Assembly (NCBI GenBank): GCA_016618085.1
Contig: JABLTG010000024.1
Coordinates: forward strand, 124,001-151,715
DNA length: 27,715 nucleotides
Reading direction: 5' to 3'
Origin: Neovahlkampfia damariscottae
Lineage: Eukaryota
Shown here: piece after piece, positions 1 to 10,178 of the stretch
How the letters are laid out: each line of letters begins with the position of its first letter
Position numbering within the stretch: the first letter of the stretch is position 1
The notes under the pieces: model-generated
The model's input: the letters and a program-made list of their open reading frames with translations, nothing else
Databases searched by the model: none
What the model was told of the DNA's origin: nothing
Translations under genes and position numbers: made by a program

Positions 1-324
1 CCATTTGAAGTAATGTATTTAATCATTAAATACTTTTATTTGAAATCAATAGAATCCGAAGATATCCGAATGGTGATTCGAATATTTCATTTTTCAAAGT
101 TTTTGGTCATACCAAACTTTGAATTTATTCTATTGGAAAAAATGATCAATTTGATGAATCCTAAAAATTCCTTTGCACTATTAAAATTTGGAAAAGATGA
201 AAAAATTACAATACTGCAGAAGAAAGCTGAGACGATGATCAAACAGAATTATTCAATGAAAGAAATATGTGAATTATTCTTATCATTAAATTCAGAGTTA
301 TTTAGCTTTGATTCAATTGAATAA
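1..324 (+). CDS. BTB/POZ-BACK domain protein, 3' part (5'-truncated by window)
   Basis: Frame is open from base 1 (PFEVMYLIIKYFYLKSIE...FSKFLVIPNFEFILLEKMINLMNPKNSFALLKF...LQKKAETMIKQN). The pattern matches the BTB C-terminal helices followed by the start of a BACK domain. Confidence 0.55.
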   Translation, partial: PFEVMYLIIKYFYLKSIESEDIRMVIRIFHFSKFLVIPNFEFILLEKMINLMNPKNSFALLKFGKDEKITILQKKAETMIKQNYSMKEICELFLSLNSELFSFDSIE

Positions 325-462
325 CAAGAGCACTGATAGATTGCTCTTTTTTGCAGACTCACCATTAAATTTCGGAAAAATGGATTCCAAAATATGATTG
401 GAAGAGAATTTATAAATAGAGCAGTCTTTGATTGGTTCAACGTCGTCCAATTGCTCTCAAGA

Positions 463-762
463 ATGGTCAAAACATTTGCTTACGTTCAAAACGAAGTCTC
501 TCAAGGTGTCAACAGTGTTCGGGTTTTCATCAACAAAAACTCCTATACTCTTACAGAAGGTATTGGTTATTTTAGATTGATCAGCTTTACTTTAAATACA
601 CTTCAAGGATCAGTTGTTCACACTGAAAAAACCCCAGGAAAAGTTTCTCAACACAAAAATGTTCAAACTCATTATACTGAATACATGCATTTAGTTGATA
701 TTCCTGCTGACGAAAAGACAGTAGTTGATTCAATCCTTCAAGCTGGTTTTAAAAAAGTTTAA
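463..762 (+). CDS. Small hypothetical protein, 99 aa (MVKTFAYVQNEVSQG...QAGFKKV)
   Basis: ATG 463 is preferred over 394 because ATTGG/CCAAT boxes lie at 431 and 447. Many C-ending codons (TAC, AAC, GTC, ATC). The stop overlaps AATAAA. Confidence 0.65.
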   Translation: MVKTFAYVQNEVSQGVNSVRVFINKNSYTLTEGIGYFRLISFTLNTLQGSVVHTEKTPGKVSQHKNVQTHYTEYMHLVDIPADEKTVVDSILQAGFKKV

Positions 763-806
763 ATAAAAATTAAATTAATATTGGCACTCAAATCATATGT
801 TACTGA

Positions 807-950
807 TCATTGTCCAAGAACGTTCTCAAGAATTGGATACTTTTCAGATCCATAAAAGGAAATTTTTCTTTCTTGTTTTAAATGTTGAATGTTGAAATCA
901 AATTTGAATTTTCTCTCAGAAAATATAGAAAAAATAAAAGAACGAATCAT
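807..950 (-). CDS. Possible 47-aa small ORF (MIRSFIFSIFSERKFKFDFNIQHLKQERKISFYGSEKYPILENVLGQ)
   Basis: ATG at 950 in an AAAAAATG context, with a CCAAT box at 978-982. Divergent from the TPR gene. No homology recognised. Confidence 0.25.
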   Translation of the reverse strand: MIRSFIFSIFSERKFKFDFNIQHLKQERKISFYGSEKYPILENVLGQ

Positions 951-1047
951 TTTTTACAGCGGAAATGGAAATAAATGATTGGCCAAAAAACATAAGCGAA
1001 ATCCATATCATTGGTCTGTTTTCTTCCAACGGGTCATCTCTTCAATC

Positions 1048-3373
1048 ATGTCGATAATCCAAAGAATCAACCAAGAAAATGAAAGTGTTTGGATACAAAT
1101 GGGTAATACCAAATAATTTCCATTAAAAAAAAAAGGAAAACTTTGTGAACAGATGAACGACGTTGATAAAGCTTTGTATGCTTATGAACATGTTTTGAAA
1201 TATAATCATTTCAACATTCAAGCTTTAAGTCAAATAGCTTCTATCCATAGATCTAAAGACCAATTTCAAAAAGCAGTTGAATTTTATCAAAAAGCTTTAG
1301 CAGTTGAAAGTTCAAATTATGAAGTGTGGTGTGCTTTAGGTTTGAAAAACTTTTTTTTTAATTAATTTTTTTAAAGGTCATTGTTTTCTTATGATGGATG
1401 ATTTGAATAAAGCTTATACAGCATATCATCAAGCTTTACATAGTGCAAAAATGAATAATAACATGAAGGTAATTTTTTTTTTTTTTTTTGATTTTTTTTT
1501 AAATAGCAAGACCCACATCTTTGGTATGGTATTGGTATTTTATATGAAAGATATGGTTCATTGGAAAATGCTGAAGAAGCATTTACTTCTGTGCTCAAAA
1601 AAGATCCAAGGTAAGAATTATCACTTAAAAATTAACTTTTTTTGAAGTTTTGAAAAAGGAAATGAAATATACTTTAGACTTGGAATTGTTTATAAACAGC
1701 AACAAAAATATGATAAAAGTTTAGAAGTAACAAAAAACAAAGTTAAAATTTATTTTTTTTTAAAGTGCTTTAAATACATATTACAAAATCCTCCGAAACC
1801 TTTAAGTAAAGGAGATATTTGGTTTCAAATTGGTCATGTACATGAATTGAAAAAAGACGTAAAAAAAAAAAAATTTAAATTCACATTCAAAAAGTATAAT
1901 GAAGCTAAAAATTCTTATGAAAATGTTTTACAATTTAACCCAAATCATGGTAAAGTACTTCAACAATTAGGTTGGTTATATCATCAAAATTCACAATTTC
2001 AATCAACTGACCAAGCAATTGTTTACTTACAAAAATCTGTGGACACTGGTAAGTTTCTATTCAACAAAAAATTAATTTTTTTTTTAGATCCAGCAGATGG
2101 TCAGTCATGGTATCTTCTTGGTAGATGTTACATGAGGTTTGTAAATAAAAAGTTTAACAAAGTTTTGAAAAGTCTTCAAAAATATAAATTAGCTTATGAT
2201 GCTTACCAACAAGCAGTTTTTCGTGATGCTAGAAATCCAACATTTTGGTGTTCCATTGGTGTTTTATATTATCAAATTAATCAATACAGAGATGCTTTAG
2301 ATGCTTATAGTCGTGCTATTAGATTAGACCCATATCTCTCTGAAGTGTGGTATGATTTAGGAACACTTTATGAATCATGTAGTCAAGTATCAGATGCATT
2401 AGATGCATATCAAAGAGCTGCTGAACTTGATTCAAAAAATCAACATATTCAACACAGATTAGCAATGTTAAAGAGTCAAGCAGGTTCAATTAAAAAACCA
2501 GAGACACAAACTTTACAACCAATCAGTTTAAGTGTTCCTCAAGAACAATTACAAAGACCGCTTCAACAACAACAACAACAACAACAACAGCAACAGCAAC
2601 AACCTCAACTTGGTCAATTCGGACAAGGTGGTAATTTTCATGTTCCAATTCAACCAAAAGCTGGAATGAGTTTACCATTTCAACAACAAGTTAAAATGAA
2701 TCCAGGATTTGGTCAACAACCAAGAATGCAACAAAATCCAATGCAACAAAATATGAATAGAAGACCTCAAGGATTTCAAATGAATCAACCTCCAACATCA
2801 TATAACTCTGGTTATTCACAAAATTTTAATAGTTCTTATATTCAACCAAGTTTTCAAAAACCAAAGTTAATGTCAACATTTCAACCAAATCAAATGTCAA
2901 ATTCATCACCAATTGGTTATTCATCAAATCATTCAAATAGTTATAATCCAACCAATAATTCATCTCAAAGTCCAATGATGTCATCTCCTCAAAGTTATCC
3001 AACTTTTAATCAACTTCAAGCACAACAAAATCAAATATCAAATCAATCAACTTCATCACAACAAAATCAAATTCCAAATCAATCAACAAATCAAAGTGGT
3101 GGTAGTGGAGGTTCATTTGGTTCTTCATCAAATGAAGAAAATTCAAAAAAAAGAACTTTACCAACTGATTCACCAATTCCATCATCTATTGAAAAAAAAC
3201 AAAAACAAGATCCAGTTATTGAAACTATTCCTGAAGAAGATGAAATTCCTGAAGAAGAAGAAGAAGAAGAACAAATTCAATTGCCTCCTTTGACTATTAC
3301 TGAAAATAAAGAAACAAATGTCGAAGAAAAAAAAAGTGAAGAAACTAAATTACCACCAATTCAAGATGAATAA
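1048..3373 (+). CDS. CYC8: Ssn6/Cyc8 (TrfA)-like TPR general transcriptional corepressor, 9 exons
   Basis: Spliced TPR array with WYGIGILYERYG, IWFQIGHVHE, DGQSWYLLGRCYM and DARNPTFWCSIGVLYYQINQYRDALDAYSRAIRLDPYLSEVWYDLGTLYESC, then a Q/N/S-rich tail. Introns: 1103-1135, 1340-1376, 1469-1506, 1611-1647, 1727-1765, 1859-1894, 2049-2087, 2137-2172. Confidence 0.9.
2564..2602 (+). repeat. (CAA/CAG)13 polyglutamine microsatellite within the Ssn6-like gene
   Basis: Directly visible trinucleotide run. Confidence 0.95.
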
Positions 3374-3441
3374 ATTTTTCTTTTTCCTTTTCCTTTTTTT
3401 TTATCCAATCATTTTTTTTTACTCCTGCAGTCATTGGAAAA

Positions 3442-4521
3442 ATGTCATCAACTCAGGCTTCTTTAAGTTCTGCTATAACTTGTGTTACTTGGTGTCCAAA
3501 TGAAGATAGTCATTTGTACTATGGTTCATGGAACAAAACAGTAATATTGTTTTTTCTTAAACTTTCAGATTGGACTTGTTGACATAGAAAAAGAAGTTGA
3601 ATCTTCAACTTTTGGATCACCTACAAATTCGTCTACAGTTGCTCAAAATCAATTTTCTTTCCCAGTTCTCGATGTTTCAGCAAAAGATGTAAAAAAAAAA
3701 AATTAATTTTTAGAAAAGCAGTGTTTTTGTCGGAACTTGTGGAAATAAAATATACTGTTGGAACCCAGAAAAAAATTATAAAGATGAAGTTGGAACTCAT
3801 AATTCAGGTGTAAAATGTGTTAAATGGCTTCATACTGCAGATGCTTTATTAACAGGAAGTTGGGATCAAAGCTGTAAAATTTGGGACTTCAAACAACAAG
3901 ATACATCAACAAATATTGATGTTGGAGGAAAAGTTTATTCTCTTGATTCCAAAGGAGATTTATTTGTTGTTGCAACATCAGAAAACAAAATCAAAACTTT
4001 TGATTTGAGAAAAACAGATGCTCCAATGAAAGTTGAAGATTCACCTTTAAGAATGCAATTGAGATGCATTAGTATTTTTTCAGATTTAAAAGGTTATGTT
4101 GTTGGTTCTATTGAAGGAAGATGTGGTATTCAATATTTTGATGATACTACAAAGAATTTCTGTTTCAAATGTCATAGAGTGAATGAAAATGTTTATCCAG
4201 TTAATTCAATAGATTTTCATCCAACATTAAACACATTTGTTACTTGTGGAGGTGGTAAGACGTTCTTTTTTTTTAATTGATTTTTCAAAAGATTTCATGT
4301 ACGCCAATTGGGATAAAGATGCAAAAAAAAGACTATTTCATCAAGATTTAGGATTTGGTTATGGTTATACTACAGCAAAATTCAATGAAAATGGAGATAA
4401 AATGGCAATTGCTTCTTCCTATGATTTTTCTCAGGGTTACACTCCTCAAGTGAATCGTAAATCAACTTTATTGACAGTGAATGTTCAATTGAAGAATGTG
4501 ACACCTTGGAAGCTCAAATAA
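3442..4521 (+). CDS. RAE1: Rae1/Gle2-family WD40 mRNA export factor (Bub3 is the sister alternative), 4 exons
   Basis: Motifs LLTGSWDQSCKIWD, SPLRMQLRCI, GSIEGRCGIQY, FCFKCHR, YPVNSIDFHP, WDKDAKKRL, ASSYDFSQG. Introns: 3541-3568, 3689-3713, 4255-4291. Confidence 0.8.
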
Positions 4522-4733
4522 TAAATTTTTATTCATTCAAAATTGAAAAAATTATTTTCAAAAAGAGAAGAAATTCATAAATTTAGAAAAATATTTCCTT
4601 CTGTAATTGGTGAAATTCAAGAATTTTCCATTTTTGGTGAAATTTTTTTTACCCAAATTTGAATCTAAAATCTGCAATAAAAGAGGAAAATCAGAGAGAA
4701 ATCACATCCAAAACATAAAAAAAAACACATCAA

Positions 4734-5697
4734 ATGTCCTCTAAAGTCTCCAAAAACCCTTTATCAAACGCTCTTCAATCATTAACAATTGATGATTTGA
4801 CACAAGAAATTGACCCAAGAATTGCTTACTTTGTCACATCAGATAAAACAGTTGAAGACTGTATTCAAGTAAAAATATAACAAAAAAACTAATTTTAAGT
4901 ATCTGACTGATAAAAAAATCCTTGCATGTCCTGCTGTTGATGACAAAAAAAAAGTAGTTGGGATGGTTGATGTCTTTGATATTTTATCGACACTCATTGA
5001 ACTCATGCCTGAAGAAAAAGATTTAAAAGATGAAGATGCATTAGAAAGATCATATCGTGCAGTGAATTTGAAAAAAATCACAGAAGTACTCAATAAATCA
5101 GGAAAAAACCCATGTGAACCAATGTATCACAATACACCTGCTCTTGAAATGATTTCAATGTTTGCTGATGGATTACACAGAGTACCAGTATTAGATGATA
5201 AAGAAGATTTGATCGTTACAGTTTCACAAAGTTTAGTTGTTAAATATTTGACAAAAGAAATGAAATCAAAAGATGAAATGATTGAATTTGGAAAGAAATC
5301 ACTTTCAGAATTATTTTTAGGAAAAGTACAAGTTAAAGCATTAAAATCATCAGATTCAGTTTTAAAAGCATTCAAAATCATGAACAAACACGGTTTTTCA
5401 TCAATCCCAATTGTTGGAGATGATGATCAAATTGTTGGAAATTTCAGCAATTCAGATGTCAAAGGATTTTGTAAAGAATCAATTCCTTCATTTTTTCAAA
5501 CAATCGGATTTTATTTAGAAAAACAATCAGAACAAGCATTAAAACCTGTTACTTGCAAAGCTGATGATTCACTTGTTTCTGTAATGGAAAAATTATCTTC
5601 AGGTCCACATAGAGTATGGGTTGTAGATGAAAAGAATCGTCCAGTTAGTGTTGTTTCAATGACTGATATTTTTAAACTTTTAAGAGATCATCAATAA
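4734..5697 (+). CDS. Four-CBS-domain protein (AMPK-gamma/Sds23-like), 2 exons
   Basis: CBS motifs ILACPAVD..VVGMVDVFDI, LHRVPVLD..VSQSLVVKYL, FSSIPIV..VGNFSNSDV, HRVWVVD..VVSMTDI. Intron 4869-4899 joins ATG 4734 to the listed ORF in frame. Confidence 0.85.
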
Positions 5698-5922
5698 ATT
5701 TTGATTTTAAATTACTTTGAAATTTTGTTGTTAAAAATCTACAAACACCTGTTGGATCTGATAGTGAAACTGTTTATACCAAAAAACAAATTCAAAAGAA
5801 ATTTAAAATAACTTTGTTTCTCAGTTTTGGTTTTAAAATAAACGTTTGAACGTTGAATATGTTGTTTGAACCCAATCATTGATTGACAGATCCAAAAATG
5901 ATGAAGTTCAGGATTTTGAGAT

Positions 5923-6744
5923 TCAATATCTTAATATTTCAAAGAATTTATATTTTATTTGTAAATTCAATCTTTTCGCTTGTTTACCTTTGAATGCTAA
6001 TCCTAATTTTATTACACTTTTTATTTGTTCATACTGACGAATTTCAGTTGAATACAAATTATCATCAATTTGTTTGATTGCATTTTTTGATAAATTTTCT
6101 GATTCATCATATCTTCCAAGTCCACTTTTTCTATAGGAATGAATAATGTGAGTATCATTTAAACTTGCAATAAGTCCAAGGAAAAATAAATGATAACTCT
6201 TTTCTTTCTCTTGATTTCCAAAATCATGATAACTTGATGTAAAAATTAAATAATCTGTTAATTCTTTTGTAAATTTTTCAATATCTTCATCTAATAAACT
6301 TTGAATGAAAGAATGATATTTTTGTTCACCCATTTCATCATTGAACCATTCTTTAATCATCTTTTTAAAAAATGCATTCACCTCTTTATTTGGAATGATG
6401 AGATATTTTCCTTGATGTTCTTTCAAATATTTTCCATTTTCAATTTTTGAAATTTTACAATCTTCAAATATTCCTTTTGTTTCTTTGTTTAGAACAGAAG
6501 AAGAAAAGAAATTTTGAATCATGGACATATTAAGTGTCTTTCCCCATCTTCTTGGATGTGTAATTATAACTACTTTTGATAAATCATCTTTTAATTCTTT
6601 AATCATCAAAGTTTTGTCAACATAAAGCATATCTTTGTCTTCAACAATTTTTCTGAAATCATCAACACCAATTGGTGGTATTTTTTTGGAATAAAAATTA
6701 AATTTTTTGAAATGCAACAACTTGTTGAACTTATTCAAAAACAT
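5923..6744 (-). pseudogene. Bacterial-type AAA-ATPase-like + PD-(D/E)XK nuclease gene with internal in-frame deletions (probable pseudogene or reduced derivative)
   Basis: N-terminal PIGVDDFRKI..YVDKTLMI..HPRRWGKTLNMSM; C-terminal IPNKEV, SYHDF..EKSYH.FFLG, SGLGRYD, AIKQI...Y, LGLAFKGK. The central ATPase region and the ExK nuclease strand are absent. First ATG is at 6744. Confidence 0.7.
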
Positions 6745-7348
6745 GATCAATGAAAATGATTGGTTACAAAAATAATTTTACTTTTTTGTAAATCGTCCTA
6801 GAATTATTTCTTTTCTTTTAAATTAAAATCAATTCAAACCTTTTAGTTTTCATTTGGAATTGTAGAACCCTCAAATTTCCAAAAAAATAATTCAAGAAAA
6901 ATTACTTATTTTTTCAGTTCCTTCTGAATGGTCTTGTAAAAAAGTAATTTTAAATAAATTACATCCACTAACCTAATTAAAATTATCTTGAATCAACTCT
7001 TTATAATCCTCATAAAATCTTTCCTTTTATTTTTCAATTCCAATGAATTTTGCTTAGATATACAATCAGAATATGTGAATTCAAATTTGATTTAATTTTA
7101 TAATACTCACAAAATTTTTTTATATTTTTTAGCCTTGTGTTCTCCAACAATAGCTCAAAACCACAAATGTGATTGGATGGCCAGCCAAATCAAAATTTAG
7201 CAGAAAGTAATCTAAAAATAAACTGCTTACGTCATTGGAGAAGGTTCAAAATGACAAAGGTTGAATCATCCTTCAAATTTACAGAAGAACGGAAAGAATA
7301 GCATTTGTACCTGAAATTGTTAAAACAATGAAAAGCATTTAAAAAAAT

Positions 7349-8468
7349 TTAATTAACAACTTGCATTTCTTTATCATCAGCTTCATATCTGCTGTCACCT
7401 TCTACATTTCCAGAGTTTTTTAAAGCTGCAACTAAAACATGAACAGCACGGAAAAACCAATTCCAATGCAATAACCACAATCCAATAAGCAACCCGTATG
7501 CAACGTGGCCAATTGAAAAGCAATTTTCACCAATACAAACATATTGACCGATTGTAAAGAATGGTTCAGCTGTATCTCTCACGATATAAAATGCCTTTGT
7601 GATGATAGGTTCACTAAAATTAAAAATATTAAAGATCGAAAAATATTCCGCACCTGAAAGCGGGAGTAATAAAAAATCTTGCCAAAACATACAATCTAAC
7701 ATAAGCTAATGAAAGAACAAAACTGAAGAAATTTACATTTGCTCCTAATTGCCAATCTGCATCATCTAAAGAATTTGTTAAAAATACATGAAAAGTTCAT
7801 CATACGACAAGTTTTCGCCCAGTATAAAAATATATCTACAAAGTCATGTAAAAGTATGATATTAGCTCCTGAACGATGAAATCTAATGAATGTTGATAAA
7901 AAATTCATTGCTTACATTCCAACGTATGAAAATGCAATCAAACATTTAGTAATGATGTGGTGAGTTAACATTTCATAAAAATCATTTAATTTTTCATCTA
8001 TAAATACTAGAGTAACTAATAATTGCAAATAATATCCAAATTGAACTAAATATAACAATCTCAACATTGGACTGATAAAATTAATTTTTTTTTTAAAACT
8101 TACATGCTATCTTCAATATGAGGATGAGGATAAAGGCCATAACCTTTAACTGATAAATATGGATTCCAGAACCATTCTTTATCTTGTAAAATTAAAAACA
8201 TTGATAGTGTAGACATTGGATAAAAAATTGAGTACCAGATATCTTCAACGAATCTTCCATGTTTTGAGTTCTTTTGCATATTTGTTCTACTTTTGTCAAG
8301 TTTCAAATAATCAGCTAGTGGTACAAAGGCAATATAATTTAACACTTTTCTGAGCAAGAAAAAAGCAATACAAGAAGCAAGGACAATGAAAGGATCATCA
8401 GCATGTAATCTAATGCTATTCACTTTATCAAGTCCTGGAAAGTATGAAGAGTATGTATCGTAATTCAT
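7349..8468 (-). CDS. LAG1/LAC1-type ceramide synthase (TLC domain), 5 exons
   Basis: Spliced Lag1 motif DFYEMLTHHIITKCLIAFSYVGIFHRSGANIILLHDFVDIFLYWAK and a C-terminal GDSRYE. Introns: 8072-8103, 7883-7915, 7766-7805, 7614-7653. Confidence 0.88.
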
Positions 8469-8792
8469 CTTTTCGCTTAACTTCGGGTAAATTATTTATT
8501 TCTAATTCGGCTAATTTATTTCGCAGTTGACCAATCAATTCCCAGATAATTTCAACGTTGACTTCGAAAATCGGGTAAATTATAATTGGAAAATGCCAGA
8601 GAATCTCTAATTTTGGAATAAAAACCATCATCAAGTTTCCTGACTTTTCTGCTTCTAATGATTTCATCCTAATTTTCTGGTTCCAAAATTTTTTTGTCTA
8701 TTTGAATATCTATCCAAAGATTATTTCTTTCATGTTCAGTGACCTTTGAACATGACAATTCATAAATTGGAAAATGAACGTTTCAAATATAC

Positions 8793-9938
8793 TCATTTAT
8801 TCATTTGATTATTTTGCAAACAATTTGCGATTTTTTGTTGCAATTCAAAATTGATAACATGTACATTATTCTCCAAGCTTAAAGCTACTAAAGTTTTGTT
8901 TTGATTTAATCCTTCCAACATCAATTCCAAACCATCTTCTTTGAAAGTATTTTCAGATAAATTTAAATTTGTTAAATTTCGATTGTTCAATAAACAATGC
9001 TTACAATATTTTCCAGCTTCAATTGAACCTATAAAATTTCCAGAAAGGTTTAAAATCTTCAAGCATTTGTTCTTTTCAATTGAATTGATTAGATAACCTG
9101 CTCCTTCATCTTTCATCGAGTTATATGAAATATCCAGTTCTTCTAGTGTCTCATTACTTTCTAAAGATTTTCCTAAAAATTTTGATCCTTCCTCCGAAAC
9201 GTTATTCATTGATAAAAATAATTTTTTCAAACTTTTGTTATTTTCCAAAGCTTCAGCAAGTAATTTCGTTTCTTCAAAAGAAATATTGTTTTTTGTCAAG
9301 TGAATTGTTTCAATTGTATTGTTGGTTCCTAAAAAATTTGATAAAAAAGCGAGGTTTGAACCCAAGTAATTTTCATTCAAATTTAAAGTTTTGACTGATC
9401 GGTTCTTTGATAAAAATACACATACACATTTCATACTATCATCATTAAATCCATTTTTTGATAAATCTAATTCTTTTAAACTTTCGGTTTTTTCAAAAGA
9501 AGGACAGAGAAATTTCAGTCCATCTTTTTCCAGTTTTGTATTTGATAAATTTAGTTGAACTAAACTTTTGTTCAGTGATATACAAGAAGATAGTGAAGCT
9601 AAGGCTGTTGAACCCATGGTTGAATTATCTGTTAGGTTCAAAATTTTTAAACTTTGATTTTTGTTGAAAGCAAGACAGAAGGCTATATGACGAAATCCTT
9701 CATCTTCAATTGTATTCTCACCTATTTTTAATTCTGTTATCTGTTCATTTTGTCTTAACCACTCTGCTATGATTTTTCCTTGATTAACATCAAATTTTGT
9801 ATTATCAAAAGAAACATGTTTAGCATTTCGTTTTTCATGAAGATAATTTTTCAATCTGAGTGTTTTGCTACTTTCAGGAGCATCTGTTTCAGTGGATCCA
9901 AATCCTTCTTCTGATTGAAAAGCTGTTGTTTGTCCCAT
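8793..9938 (-). CDS. RNI-like leucine-rich repeat protein (28-aa LRRs), possibly N-myristoylated
   Basis: Repeated LxxNxSLxxLxLSxNxI motifs; the N-terminus is MGQTTA. Confidence 0.85.
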   Translation of the reverse strand: MGQTTAFQSEEGFGSTETDAPESSKTLRLKNYLHEKRNAKHVSFDNTKFDVNQGKIIAEWLRQNEQITELKIGENTIEDEGFRHIAFCLAFNKNQSLKILNLTDNSTMGSTALASLSSCISLNKSLVQLNLSNTKLEKDGLKFLCPSFEKTESLKELDLSKNGFNDDSMKCVCVFLSKNRSVKTLNLNENYLGSNLAFLSNFLGTNNTIETIHLTKNNISFEETKLLAEALENNKSLKKLFLSMNNVSEEGSKFLGKSLESNETLEELDISYNSMKDEGAGYLINSIEKNKCLKILNLSGNFIGSIEAGKYCKHCLLNNRNLTNLNLSENTFKEDGLELMLEGLNQNKTLVALSLENNVHVINFELQQKIANCLQNNQMNK

Positions 9939-10178
9939 CTTCTAAACTAACTTCCACTGAAATATAAACCAATCACGGAGTTCTTATTTCAAATTGATTT
10001 TTGTTCATCCAAAACAACTACAGACTGAAAGGAAATTTAACCAAATTTATCAAATTGATGGGTTTAAATGTTTCCTTCAACCTCTAAAATCATAAAAAAA
10101 ATGGAAAGAATTTTTTTGTCTCAATTTGGTTGAAAAGATATTCATTGGTCCGCTGTTTCCAAAACAATTTGAACAAAC

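Noticed and set aside
10..52. Possible GT-AG intron at the window start
   Set aside because: The unspliced frame gives a coherent BTB helix pattern; splicing leads to a stop.
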